The notes beneath the pieces are model-generated. The model did no database searches and was not told the origin of the DNA. It worked only from the letters and a program-made list of their open reading frames with translations. From Nitrosopumilus maritimus SCM1 (lineage in GTDB: Archaea; Thermoproteota; Nitrososphaeria; Nitrososphaerales; Nitrosopumilaceae): a DNA stretch of 32,000 bases. Every line of letters begins with the position of its first letter. Position 1 is the stretch's first letter. The DNA is taken from NCBI RefSeq assembly GCF_000018465.1, contig NC_010085.1:480001-512000 (forward strand), written 5' to 3'. Positions 16,619 to 25,693 of the stretch are shown here, piece after piece. The translations under genes and the position numbers were made by a program.

Positions 16619-19099
16619 ATGAAAAATATTGTCTTTCTGAGTTTTTTGATATTTTTTGTAATGTCTTTTACTCTTGTTGATGTATATGGGCAATCTGATA
16701 ATGAACAATCTTCTGAAATAGTTAGCTGTACTGAAGGTTATGAACTAGTTTCCAAACCTTCTGGTGATTCTTCGATATGTGTGAAATCCTCAAGTCTTGA
16801 GAATTTTCTTGATAGAGGATACACACTTGCTACTTCAACACAAGAGAATCTACGTGTTGGATTGTTATTTTCAACCTCTGGTGATGCCTCAACATATGGA
16901 CTTGAAAGTCAACATGCTGCACTAATTGCTATTGATGATTTCAATGAATATTTGAAATACATTGAAAATGAGCAAATAATCTTAGTTCCTGAGATAGTTT
17001 CTCTCAAAATTGATCCTGAACATACTCTGGAACAAGTAAAAAGAATGCATCTTGATGGAGTAGATGTTTTCATTGGACCTGACACAAGTGCAGAACTTGA
17101 ATTTATGAAATCTTATGTTGATTCTGAGGGATTATTGGTTATTAGCACATCTTCAACTGCACCATCTTTGGCAATCGAAGATAATATTTTCCGACTTGTT
17201 CCTGATGACACACATCAGACTCGATTACTTGCCCTTCTTGCAGAATCTGCCGGCAGTCCTACTGTGTTTCTTTTAGTTCGTGATGATACATGGGGTAATG
17301 ATTTTGCAAGTGCAATTGAAGAATATTATTCAGGAAATGTTTCTATAATACATTATGATCCTGTGTCTCCTCTCTATGAACAAACTTTACAACAATTATC
17401 TGAATCAATTACCGCAGAGATAACTGCCTCAGAAATAACTACCTCCGATTTTAGAGTTGGTATGATTGGCTTTGGTGAATCTGCTGAATTTTTATCTCGC
17501 GCAACTCAATTTGATATACTTGATGATGTGATATGGTTTGGAACTGATTTTACTGCAAATGAGAAAAAAATAACTGAAAATGAAAAAGCCGTTGAATTTG
17601 CACAAAATGTTTCATTTAAAGCGCTTCAGTTTTCAGCTGATATTGAAAGTACTGCTTATCAAGAAATTGAAACAAAACTTTTTGGAAAATTAGGATACTT
17701 ACCAGACATTTATGCATTTACTGCATATGATGCTGTATGGATATTGGGCTTGAGTATGTTAGATGCAGCAAGCACTAATCCAAATGATTTAGCATTAGAA
17801 ATTCCATCTACTATCACTTCTTACAATGGCGCTCTGGGAAATTTGGAATTAAACGACGCTGGTGATTTAGTCTCTGATAATTATGCTGTTTGGTCTATTG
17901 TGGATGGTGCTTGGTACAAAGGCAATTATGCAAAAAATATGGAATCTGGGATAATAGAACTTGTTGAAACTGATTTAGAAGAATTGGCTACTGACGAAAC
18001 TATTTTGGAAAAATCCGCCCCTCCTGCAGATGATGAGATTCCTATAGCACAACCTTCTACTATAGATGATGAGATTCCTATAACACAACCATCTACTGCA
18101 TATGACGAACAATCTATTCTTGTAAACTTGTTAATTGCATTGATTATTGTGGTATCTGCAATTGCGGGATTTGCCATTTGGAAACTTCGAACTCTATCAA
18201 TAAAGTTGAAGAACTTTATTCATACGCAAAAAATTGAACCAACACCAGAACCCGAACCAACACCAGAACCTGAACCAACACCAGAACCTGAACCAACACC
18301 AGAACCTGAACCAACACCAGAACCTGAACCAACACCAGAACCTGAACCAACACCAGAACCTGAACCAACACCAGAACCTGAACCAACACCAGAACCTGAA
18401 CCAACACCAGAACCTGAACCAACACCAGAACCTGAACCAACACCAGAACCTGAACCAACACCAGAACCTGAACCAACACCAGAACCTGAACCAACACCAG
18501 AACCTGAACCAACACCAGAACCTGAACCAACACCAGAACCTGAACCAACACCAGAACCTGAACCAACACCAGAACCTGAACCAACACCAGAACCTGAACC
18601 AACACCAGAACCTGAACCAACACCAGAACCTGAACCAACACCAGAACCTGAACCAGTTGAACCCAAAGACTCTGTTAGACTACTGTCTTCTAAGGAAATT
18701 CTCCAAAAATGTATTCAAACACATTCATCACTTATGACTGATAAAGAAATTGATTTTTCAGATTCATCAATCAAAAATGTGAAGTTTGTATCTAATGAAA
18801 AACCAATTTTAGAAATTTTTTCAAATTTAATTCGTGCTTCTCATCATTTGGTTGGCTCTTATGGTCAAATTGAGATTGGTGTAAATGATGATGAGGACAT
18901 TACATTTTTTGTTAAAGATAACGGAAATGGAATTTCAAAAGAAGAACAAGAGAAAGTTTTTGAGCAAAATGATGGTCCTTTAGGATTGATGGGAACCAAA
19001 GAACTAGTTCAAGATATGGGTGGTAAAATTTGGATTGAAAGTGTTTCTTTCCTAGGAACTACTTTTTATTTTTCAATCCCAGTACATCCTAACTCTTAA
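16619..19099 (+). CDS. Membrane sensor: periplasmic branched-chain-amino-acid-binding-type domain, TM helix, (EPTPEP)23 linker, HATPase_c domain
   Basis: N-terminal signal peptide; [16 protein letters not shown]...ALIAIDDFN...[29 protein letters not shown]; [22 protein letters not shown]; repeat; C-terminal N box [33 protein letters not shown]. Confidence 0.85.
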   Translation: MKNIVFLSFLIFFVMSFTLVDVYGQSDNEQSSEIVSCTEGYELVSKPSGDSSICVKSSSLENFLDRGYTLATSTQENLRVGLLFSTSGDASTYGLESQHAALIAIDDFNEYLKYIENEQIILVPEIVSLKIDPEHTLEQVKRMHLDGVDVFIGPDTSAELEFMKSYVDSEGLLVISTSSTAPSLAIEDNIFRLVPDDTHQTRLLALLAESAGSPTVFLLVRDDTWGNDFASAIEEYYSGNVSIIHYDPVSPLYEQTLQQLSESITAEITASEITTSDFRVGMIGFGESAEFLSRATQFDILDDVIWFGTDFTANEKKITENEKAVEFAQNVSFKALQFSADIESTAYQEIETKLFGKLGYLPDIYAFTAYDAVWILGLSMLDAASTNPNDLALEIPSTITSYNGALGNLELNDAGDLVSDNYAVWSIVDGAWYKGNYAKNMESGIIELVETDLEELATDETILEKSAPPADDEIPIAQPSTIDDEIPITQPSTAYDEQSILVNLLIALIIVVSAIAGFAIWKLRTLSIKLKNFIHTQKIEPTPEPEPTPEPEPTPEPEPTPEPEPTPEPEPTPEPEPTPEPEPTPEPEPTPEPEPTPEPEPTPEPEPTPEPEPTPEPEPTPEPEPTPEPEPTPEPEPTPEPEPTPEPEPTPEPEPTPEPEPTPEPEPTPEPEPTPEPEPVEPKDSVRLLSSKEILQKCIQTHSSLMTDKEIDFSDSSIKNVKFVSNEKPILEIFSNLIRASHHLVGSYGQIEIGVNDDEDITFFVKDNGNGISKEEQEKVFEQNDGPLGLMGTKELVQDMGGKIWIESVSFLGTTFYFSIPVHPNS
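18236..18649 (+). repeat. 23 tandem copies of 18-bp unit GAACCAACACCAGAACCT encoding EPTPEP
   Basis: Exactly 414 bp between the first GAA (18236) and the GAA of the terminal EPVEP (18650); only visible variant is CCC instead of CCT in copy 1. Confidence 0.97.
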
Positions 19100-19164
19100 A
19101 ATCACTTTCAAATGATGACATCCCTTTAGATCTAAATTGATAGAATGTTTACGTAAAACCTCAA

Positions 19165-19578
19165 TTACATTGGAGGCAATTCTGTCTTTTTGTCATGTCC
19201 TCCAGAGCCGAATTTACAGTAAAAGCATAATTCTGACTCCATGTACTTTAGTTGCTCAACTTGAATGGCGCCAAGTTTCAGTGCGATTTTTGTGAGAATT
19301 TTGTACTTTAATGGCATTGCTGGAATTACCTCATCCATGTATACTCTGTAATGATCGGGACAAAATTTGAGCGTGACTTTGGCAGGTTCTTTACCCTTCT
19401 CGTTTACTTGTTTTGTAAAGTTGATCTGCTCTCGTATGTATTCGTGTTTTGGGCATGGACAGTCTTTTCCACCTGGGTGTTTGTATGCAGGTGTGTTCTT
19501 CCAGTCAAAATCTGGAAACTCTTTCTCAAAGTCGTCCATGTGATCCATTAGCAATTTGTGCTTATAAAACTTGATCAA
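19165..19578 (-). CDS. Conserved-looking hypothetical protein with Cys/His clusters
   Basis: 137 aa with DCPCPKH, KFCPDH and LCFYCKFGSGGH; no confident family. Confidence 0.65.
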   Translation of the reverse strand: MIKFYKHKLLMDHMDDFEKEFPDFDWKNTPAYKHPGGKDCPCPKHEYIREQINFTKQVNEKGKEPAKVTLKFCPDHYRVYMDEVIPAMPLKYKILTKIALKLGAIQVEQLKYMESELCFYCKFGSGGHDKKTELPPM

Positions 19579-19634
19579 ACTTGTCTATGGTAATAACCCA
19601 AATGCTCATAAACCCCAGATTATCCATCCAGTTC

Positions 19635-20318
19635 ATGGCAGCTGCTAAAAAGCAAACTAAAAAAGATCTTGAAGACAAGATTGCCGAATTAGAAGCAAAG
19701 CTAAACTCACTTTCATCTCAGCTTTCAAAACCAGCTGAAGTGAAACCTGCTGAGACAAAACCAGCTGAAGTGAAACCTGCTGAGACAAAACCTGCTGAGA
19801 CAAAACCTGCAGAAACTAAACCAGCTGAGACAAAACCAGCTGAAACTGCAAAACCAAAACCAACCTTGCCAAAAGGTATGGGTGAAAAACCAGCAGAAGC
19901 TCCTAAACCCGAGGAAGCTCCAAAACCAGCTGAGACAACCGCACAACCTCCAGCAACAGTACAAGATGCTTTAGAGGCCGCATACTATGATGCTCCAATG
20001 ACTGACTTCCATCAGTATAGAGCAAAAGTAACAGGTTATTCTCCAGCTCCTAACAGATACTTTGTTAGAATGACTGCTCCTGTTGGTAAAGTTCCAACAT
20101 CTGATTGGAATCAACAAAAAGCATCAGTCACTGGTTACACAGCATGTTCAAACCAATACTATGCAACAAGAGCAAGATTGGCATATCATCCTGCTGACAA
20201 AAGATTTGGAACTTTTAGTGGAGTTAACATGACTGTTGAAGGCGTTGCTGCACAAGCACAACAAGCACCAACACCAGAACCACCAAAACCAAAAGGTACA
20301 CTTCCAAAAGGTTTCTAA
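19635..20318 (+). CDS. Repeat-linker protein, paralogue 1 (coiled coil + (PAExK)8 + conserved Tyr-rich domain + LPKG motifs)
   Basis: MAAAKKQTKKDLEDKIAELEAKLNSL...; C-terminal domain near-identical to 20703..21698; start at 19635 by homology to paralogue start. Confidence 0.8.
   Translation: MAAAKKQTKKDLEDKIAELEAKLNSLSSQLSKPAEVKPAETKPAEVKPAETKPAETKPAETKPAETKPAETAKPKPTLPKGMGEKPAEAPKPEEAPKPAETTAQPPATVQDALEAAYYDAPMTDFHQYRAKVTGYSPAPNRYFVRMTAPVGKVPTSDWNQQKASVTGYTACSNQYYATRARLAYHPADKRFGTFSGVNMTVEGVAAQAQQAPTPEPPKPKGTLPKGF
19731..19850 (+). repeat. 8 copies of 15-bp PAE(V/T)K unit
   Basis: Unit starts at 19731, 19746, 19761, 19776, 19791, 19806, 19821, 19836. Confidence 0.9.
19980..20232 (+). repeat. 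253-bp direct repeat, copy 1
   Basis: GCATACTATGATGCTCC...GGAGTTAACATGA, identical by eye to 21084..21336. Confidence 0.92.
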
Positions 20319-20386
20319 TTCAAAAACATCTTTTATTTTCTATTTTTAATAATAATATTTTTCTTTGATCATATTCTATACTCTAC

Positions 20387-20578
20387 ATGCCTCCAAAAAC
20401 TATCTGTCCTAATTGTAAACAAAACGAATGGCTTGAAAATCGAGAACTAGGTTATCTTCCAAGAGTGATTAAATTGGATAATGGACAATATGCTGCTGAT
20501 ACTGAAAATGGAACTCATGTGCGAATATGGAGATGTAACAATTGCATGTATGTAATGCAATTTTGGGAACCAGATTAG
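20387..20578 (+). CDS. Small zinc-ribbon-like protein between the two paralogues
   Basis: 63 aa with CPNC...CNNC. Confidence 0.65.
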   Translation: MPPKTICPNCKQNEWLENRELGYLPRVIKLDNGQYAADTENGTHVRIWRCNNCMYVMQFWEPD

Positions 20579-20702
20579 GCAAAAATCATTTTATTTGAAA
20601 TTATAATTTTTACATATTATCAATTGATTTTACGAATTTTTTTCATCAAAGGTTCTCTCACGAACAAAATGTAAATAAACAATGTATTCTCTATTGTAAG
20701 AA

Positions 20703-21698
20703 ATGGCAGCAAAGCGAAAAGCAAGTACAAAAAAAGATCTTGAAGCAAAGATCGCCGAACTCGAAGCAAAACTATCTAAACTATCATCAGAAATTGATGC
20801 CAAACCTGCTGAGACAAAACCAGCTGAAGTGAAACCTGCTGAGACAAAACCAGCTGAAGTGAAACCTGCTGAGACAAAACCAGCTGAAGTGAAACCTGCT
20901 GAGACAAAACCTGCAGAAACTAAACCAGCTGAGACAAAACCAGCTGAAACTGCAAAACCAAAACCAACCTTGCCAAAAGGTATGGGTGAAAAACCAGCAG
21001 AAGCTCCTAAACCAGAGGAATCTCCAAAACCAGCTGAGACAACAGCACAACCTCCAGCAACTCCTAATGAAGCTCTAGAATCTGCATACTATGATGCTCC
21101 AATGACTGACTTCCATCAGTATAGAGCAAAAGTAACAGGTTATTCTCCAGCTCCTAACAGATACTTTGTTAGAATGACTGCTCCTGTTGGTAAAGTTCCA
21201 ACATCTGATTGGAATCAACAAAAAGCATCAGTCACTGGTTACACAGCATGTTCAAACCAATACTATGCAACAAGAGCAAGATTGGCATATCATCCTGCTG
21301 ACAAAAGATTTGGAACTTTTAGTGGAGTTAACATGAGTTTTGATGGTGTTCAAATTAAAGAACAAACACAACAAGCACCTCCACCACCTCCAGAACCTGC
21401 AAAACCAAAAGGTACACTTCCAAAAGGAATGGGTGATGCACCTCAACCTCAAACTACTGCAAGTAGTGGAGATGGAAAATCAAGACAAGAACAACTAGAA
21501 GAGTACGAAAAAGATTACTTGCAAAGAATTGAACAAGAAAAAGCAGAACGTGAACAAGCTTACCAAGAAGCACTTGAAGCTGAAGTTGAAGCAAGAGCTA
21601 AACAAACACGAGGTAGCTTGCCAAAAGGTTTTGAACCCGCACCGGAACCAGAACCAGAACCTGCAAAACCAAAAGGTACACTTCCAAAAGGTTTCTGA
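20703..21698 (+). CDS. Repeat-linker protein, paralogue 2 (coiled coil + (PAExK)10 + conserved Tyr-rich domain + charged coil + multiple LPKG motifs)
   Basis: MAAKRKASTKKDLEAKIAELEAKLSKLSSE...; four LPKG(M/F) motifs; same C-terminus KPKGTLPKGF as paralogue 1. Confidence 0.85.
   Translation: MAAKRKASTKKDLEAKIAELEAKLSKLSSEIDAKPAETKPAEVKPAETKPAEVKPAETKPAEVKPAETKPAETKPAETKPAETAKPKPTLPKGMGEKPAEAPKPEESPKPAETTAQPPATPNEALESAYYDAPMTDFHQYRAKVTGYSPAPNRYFVRMTAPVGKVPTSDWNQQKASVTGYTACSNQYYATRARLAYHPADKRFGTFSGVNMSFDGVQIKEQTQQAPPPPPEPAKPKGTLPKGMGDAPQPQTTASSGDGKSRQEQLEEYEKDYLQRIEQEKAEREQAYQEALEAEVEARAKQTRGSLPKGFEPAPEPEPEPAKPKGTLPKGF
20805..20954 (+). repeat. 10 copies of 15-bp PAE(V/T)K unit
   Basis: First CCT at 20805 and last unit CCAGCTGAAACTGCA at 20940; 30-bp higher-order alternation PAETKPAEVK. 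Confidence 0.88.
21084..21336 (+). repeat. 253-bp direct repeat, copy 2
   Basis: Identical by eye to 19980..20232. Confidence 0.92.
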
Positions 21699-21720
21699 CC
21701 TTTCACCTTTTTACTTTATT

Positions 21721-22185
21721 TTATTCTAAATTTTTAAAATCTTCAAACACTTGTTTGGAATGTCCTGCCGGTTTTACTTTGGGATATATTTTGAAAATTT
21801 TTCCTTTTTCATCTACAAGAAAAGTGCTTCTCATAACTCCCATGTACTCTCTACCCATGAATTTCTTTAAACCCCAAACCCCAAATGATTTTGAAATCTC
21901 TTTATCCACATCTGCTAATAGTGGAAATTTGATTCCCATTTTGTCACAGAATTTTTTGTGTGAATCCACATCGTCAGGACTGACTCCCACAATTTCAATT
22001 CCTTCCTTTTGAAATTTTTTGTAGTCTTTTGCAAATTCATCTGCCTCAGTTGTACATCCTGGAGTGAAATCTTTTGGATAAAAATAGATGACATGCTTTT
22101 TACCTTTAAAATCTGATGATTTTACTTTATTTCCATTGGAATCACTGACTTCGAATTTTGGAACCTTTTCTCCTTCTTCAATCAT
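21721..22185 (-). CDS. bcp: Thioredoxin-dependent peroxiredoxin (Bcp/AhpC-TSA)
   Basis: VIYFYPKDFTPGCTTEADEF; MRSTFLVDEKGKI. Confidence 0.92.
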   Translation of the reverse strand: MIEEGEKVPKFEVSDSNGNKVKSSDFKGKKHVIYFYPKDFTPGCTTEADEFAKDYKKFQKEGIEIVGVSPDDVDSHKKFCDKMGIKFPLLADVDKEISKSFGVWGLKKFMGREYMGVMRSTFLVDEKGKIFKIYPKVKPAGHSKQVFEDFKNLE

Positions 22186-22285
22186 GTTCTATGATCTAAT
22201 TTTCTGTAATTAATTACTTTTTGACCTCATTTGATCATTAATCTAGTCCGAATCTTTTATATGGAAATTGACGGGGCTTTTGCAT

Positions 22286-22999
22286 ATGGTTAGTCCTAGA
22301 AATTGGCTTGCAGAAGCAATTGCCACATTTGCATTGGTCTTCTTTGGTCCTTTATCTGTGATTCTTGCAGCAGCGGTCTTCGGTGATGGATTAACTATTG
22401 AAGGAATTATTATGATATCTTTGGGCCACGGTGCTGCAATTGCATTTATGGTATATGCATTTGGACATGTTTCTGGTGCTCACATTAATCCTGCAGTGAC
22501 TATTCCAATGATGATAACAAAAAAGATTGGAATTGCAGACGGAATTGGATACATTGTATTTCAAATAATTGGTGCAATCATTGCAACTGGTACTCTAATT
22601 GCTTTGTTCCCTGAGATTGGAAAACCTGTTTTCTGGGGTGCACATGGCGGACCAAGTGAATTACTTGGTGGCAGCTTGATGTCTGGATTAGTACTTGAAA
22701 TGATTATGACCTTCTTCTTAGTTGTTGTAATCTTTATGACTGCCGTTCACAAGAAAGCTCCAAAGAGTGTTTATGGCGCTGTAATTGGTGGCATGGTGTT
22801 CTTACTTCACTTAGTAGGTGTCCCATTAACTGGTGCATCCATGAACCCAGCAAGATCTTTGTCTCCAACATTACTTTCTGGCGATGCCGGATTATGGGAA
22901 GTACAATGGCTCTATTGGGTAGGACCAATCGTCGGTGGTATCATTGCTGGTTTGATAATGAACTACATCTATGTCAATAAAGCCGAAAAAGAAGCATAA
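22286..22999 (+). CDS. Aquaporin / MIP family channel
   Basis: Two NPA boxes SGAHINPAVT and GASMNPARS; six TM segments; start at 22286 (MVSPRNWLAEA) or upstream 22268. Confidence 0.92.
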   Translation: MVSPRNWLAEAIATFALVFFGPLSVILAAAVFGDGLTIEGIIMISLGHGAAIAFMVYAFGHVSGAHINPAVTIPMMITKKIGIADGIGYIVFQIIGAIIATGTLIALFPEIGKPVFWGAHGGPSELLGGSLMSGLVLEMIMTFFLVVVIFMTAVHKKAPKSVYGAVIGGMVFLLHLVGVPLTGASMNPARSLSPTLLSGDAGLWEVQWLYWVGPIVGGIIAGLIMNYIYVNKAEKEA

Positions 23000-23037
23000 T
23001 CCTAACATTTTTAAAAATTTGAAATATTTTTTCTAGT

Positions 23038-23463
23038 ATGACTTCTGCTGATGAAATATCATCAATGTTTGATGCAGAATCTAAAAAATTTGAAAATTTC
23101 CTCTCAAATGTATCTGATGATATGGGAATATCTGAAATCATAGAGACATACTATCAAGTCATGAATGTGACTTCAATGATTTCTATGCTTAAACAGCAAT
23201 TGGATTCTGAAAATCATAAGACGTTGTTAGAACATATCAAAAAGACTGAACAACTCATATCCGGAAAATTCAACAAAGAAACTCATCCCAAAATTTTAGA
23301 AAATCTATCAAAATCAATTCAAGATATGACCAAGACATTACAATCAAACCCTGATGAAAAAACTAAGGAACAAATTGAAAACGAATCTCAAATGTTTGAA
23401 GAATTAAGAAAAAAAATAAGCACTAAAGAGTTTGTTGAACAATATGACAAAGGATTGGCATGA
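23038..23463 (+). CDS. Hypothetical alpha-helical protein
   Basis: 141 aa; ATGA overlap with next gene suggests translational coupling. Confidence 0.6.
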   Translation: MTSADEISSMFDAESKKFENFLSNVSDDMGISEIIETYYQVMNVTSMISMLKQQLDSENHKTLLEHIKKTEQLISGKFNKETHPKILENLSKSIQDMTKTLQSNPDEKTKEQIENESQMFEELRKKISTKEFVEQYDKGLA

Positions 23464-24278
23464 TTGTACAACTAGCACAAAATCTTGTTTCTCTAAAAAA
23501 AGAATTTGCAAAAAACTATTCTGGAAAAAGCCAAATGCAAGAAGTCATACCAATTTCTACTTCTGAATCATTTCAAATAAAACAACAAGATTTAGAATTA
23601 TTGCATCAATTTGCTACAAAGAATCCTATCTATTACAATTCGTACGAAGATGTAGTTAATGATACAAAATGTATTGTCTATGAAGGTGATATTAACCGGT
23701 ATTGGTTGAATAGCATTCAACACGGTTCAAGTAATGCTCCTTTTTCTCCAACCTGGATAATGTCTGCTTATGTTGCAGCATTGATGACAAAAGAACTTGG
23801 ATATTTTGAAATTGTTGATATTGGTTCAGGTGATGGCAGAATTGCATTTTGTGCCAAAGTATTGGATATGGAAGCATACAGTATAGAACTTGATGAACAA
23901 TTAGTAGATCTTCAAAAATTACTTGTTACAACACTTGATTTTCATCCATTTTGTTCTGATGCCACAACCTTTGATTATACATCATTGAATCTGAACAATC
24001 CTGCATTCTTTATTGGTGGACTTGCCCAAATGGGTGGTGTTGCTTTGGCAACTGGTGTTATTGAAAAGATTATGTCTCAAGAGTTTTGGAAACAATCTGG
24101 ATGGGTTTTTGCAGGTACTCTCTCTCAAAAATATGCCCCTGATCCAAAAAATGAGGCTGGATGGGGAACTCTAATTGAAAGCAACAAACTCCACAAACTA
24201 CAAACAATTCCTCTCCCCACTGTGTGGACATTTCATGAAACTGACGAAACACCGTACATTTTTGCTGAACCTTTGTAA
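23460..24278 (+). CDS. SAM-dependent methyltransferase-like protein
   Basis: YFEIVDIGSGDGRIAFCAKVLDMEAYSIELD motif I/II. Confidence 0.7.
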   Translation: MIVQLAQNLVSLKKEFAKNYSGKSQMQEVIPISTSESFQIKQQDLELLHQFATKNPIYYNSYEDVVNDTKCIVYEGDINRYWLNSIQHGSSNAPFSPTWIMSAYVAALMTKELGYFEIVDIGSGDGRIAFCAKVLDMEAYSIELDEQLVDLQKLLVTTLDFHPFCSDATTFDYTSLNLNNPAFFIGGLAQMGGVALATGVIEKIMSQEFWKQSGWVFAGTLSQKYAPDPKNEAGWGTLIESNKLHKLQTIPLPTVWTFHETDETPYIFAEPL

Positions 24279-24316
24279 TCGCAATCCAAATTAAGCACAC
24301 ATTTACCAAAGTTTTC

Positions 24317-24391
24317 GGACTCGTTGCATAGCTTGGATAGTGCGAACGCTTGCGGAGCGTTAGGTCGCCGGTTCGAATCCGGTCGGGTCCG
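24317..24391 (+). tRNA. tRNA-Arg, anticodon GCG
   Basis: Acceptor GGACTCG/CGGGTCC, D stem GCAT/GTGC, anticodon arm AACGC-TTGCGGA-GCGTT, T arm GCCGG-TTCGAAT-CCGGT, discriminator G; CCA not encoded. Confidence 0.95.
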
Positions 24392-24392
24392 C

Positions 24393-24806
24393 TTATTGCA
24401 TCTCTTGTATTTTTCTTCGCTGCTTGTTTTTTGTAACAACTGAAGTTCCAACAGCTTTTGCTACTAGAATTGGAGATTCTAGCAAATCACAAGCTGATTC
24501 TTGATTTGGATCATTGGATGAAGAAATTATCTTAAATGCCTCAAAAATTATTTTTCTACTACTATTACCAACTTTGATAATCTTCCCTACAACTTCTAAA
24601 AAATCTCCTCCATATACTGGTTCAAGGAATTCAACATTTTCGTATGCTCTTAGAAGTCCTTCGTCTCCATCAAGACGAATTGTCAATTCTGTTGCAACAT
24701 CTCCAAAAAGCTTCATTATGTGAGCGCCATCTAGCAGATTCCCTGCATAATGAACATCATTTGCACTAATGCGTACACGTAATTTTACTTCGAGATGAGT
24801 TTCCAC
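24393..24806 (-). CDS. Hotdog-fold protein resembling 3-aminobutyryl-CoA ammonia-lyase (Kal)
   Basis: VRISANDVHYAGNLLDGAHIMKLFGDVATELTIRLDGDEGLLRAYENVEFLEPVYGGDFLEV. Confidence 0.7.
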   Translation of the reverse strand: METHLEVKLRVRISANDVHYAGNLLDGAHIMKLFGDVATELTIRLDGDEGLLRAYENVEFLEPVYGGDFLEVVGKIIKVGNSSRKIIFEAFKIISSSNDPNQESACDLLESPILVAKAVGTSVVTKNKQRRKIQEMQ

Positions 24807-24946
24807 AAAATAATCTAATTTTCTTTAGATATTAGGATTTTTCTAAAAATTTAGTTCGTTCTATTGAATCCCTGTTACAACAATGTTCTAAACCACTTTA
24901 TTCATCTTTTACAAAATTCATTAAGCCGTCTCTAGAGTCCCATGTT

Positions 24947-25693
24947 ATGTATGGTGATGCATGGGATGACATGTCTTCTGAATATGATAATTGCGTAGAA
25001 AATAACCCTAATTCTGTCATTTCCAATTTTATCGATAAAGAAATTAAAATCATTTCTAATCTTTGCAAAAATTTTATTCACCCTGAAAAAAAATACACCA
25101 TAATTGATCTTGGCTGTGGGACTGGTAGAGTATTATTTTCTTTGTACAATATTTTAGGAGATTCTATATCTTACTGGGGTCTTGATGCATCAGAACCAAT
25201 GATCAAACTATCAAAAACAAAACAATCTCAGTTGAATTTGAAAAACATCTCCTTTCAAAACTATGATGTCACTGATACCAAAATAGATGAATTATTTGAT
25301 GATGATACTATCAAAATCCCAATGTGTGTTTACAATACTGTAGGTGTCATTCCAATTTCAAAAAGAGAACAATTTTTTGATAATATGAACAGACTAGCAG
25401 GAAAAGATGGATTTGTGTTGTTGTCTGCATTTAATGGCGATGATTTTGCATTTGCATCTCCACAAATCTATCATCCAATGAAAAGTATGGTAAAACAAAT
25501 TGATACAGATTCATTTGATGAAGAAAAATTGGCATTTAGAAACAGTCTTGGATATTATAGTCAGTGGTTCAAAAAAACACAACTTCAACAATTTTTAAAA
25601 TCTGATGTAGATCCTATCCCAATTGAAGTTCCGATTGATGATGTATCTAGAATCCTTGGCCATGTATTTGTTGATAGATTCATAGAAAATTGA
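24947..25693 (+). CDS. Class I SAM-dependent methyltransferase
   Basis: YTIIDLGCGTGRVLFSLYNILGDSISYWGLDASEPMIKLS. Confidence 0.85.
   Translation: MYGDAWDDMSSEYDNCVENNPNSVISNFIDKEIKIISNLCKNFIHPEKKYTIIDLGCGTGRVLFSLYNILGDSISYWGLDASEPMIKLSKTKQSQLNLKNISFQNYDVTDTKIDELFDDDTIKIPMCVYNTVGVIPISKREQFFDNMNRLAGKDGFVLLSAFNGDDFAFASPQIYHPMKSMVKQIDTDSFDEEKLAFRNSLGYYSQWFKKTQLQQFLKSDVDPIPIEVPIDDVSRILGHVFVDRFIEN

Noticed and set aside
18236-18649. CRISPR-like array
   Set aside because: Tandem repeats without unique spacers, in frame within a coding sequence; no cas genes in the window.
18216-18737. Three long alternate-frame ORFs over the minisatellite ([10 protein letters not shown]..., [13 protein letters not shown]..., [12 protein letters not shown]...)
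   Set aside because: They are automatic read-throughs of an 18-bp repeat with no stop in any frame; the real frame is the 826-aa protein with recognisable domains on both sides.
19725-19964. Cys/Phe/Trp-rich minus-strand ORFs at 19725-19964 and 20787-21050
   Set aside because: Antisense of the PAExK repeats; composition is explained by the repeat.
24233-24451. 72-aa minus-strand ORF (…RTRPDSNRRPNAP…)
   Set aside because: It is the antisense translation of tRNA-Arg(GCG), a classic false ORF.
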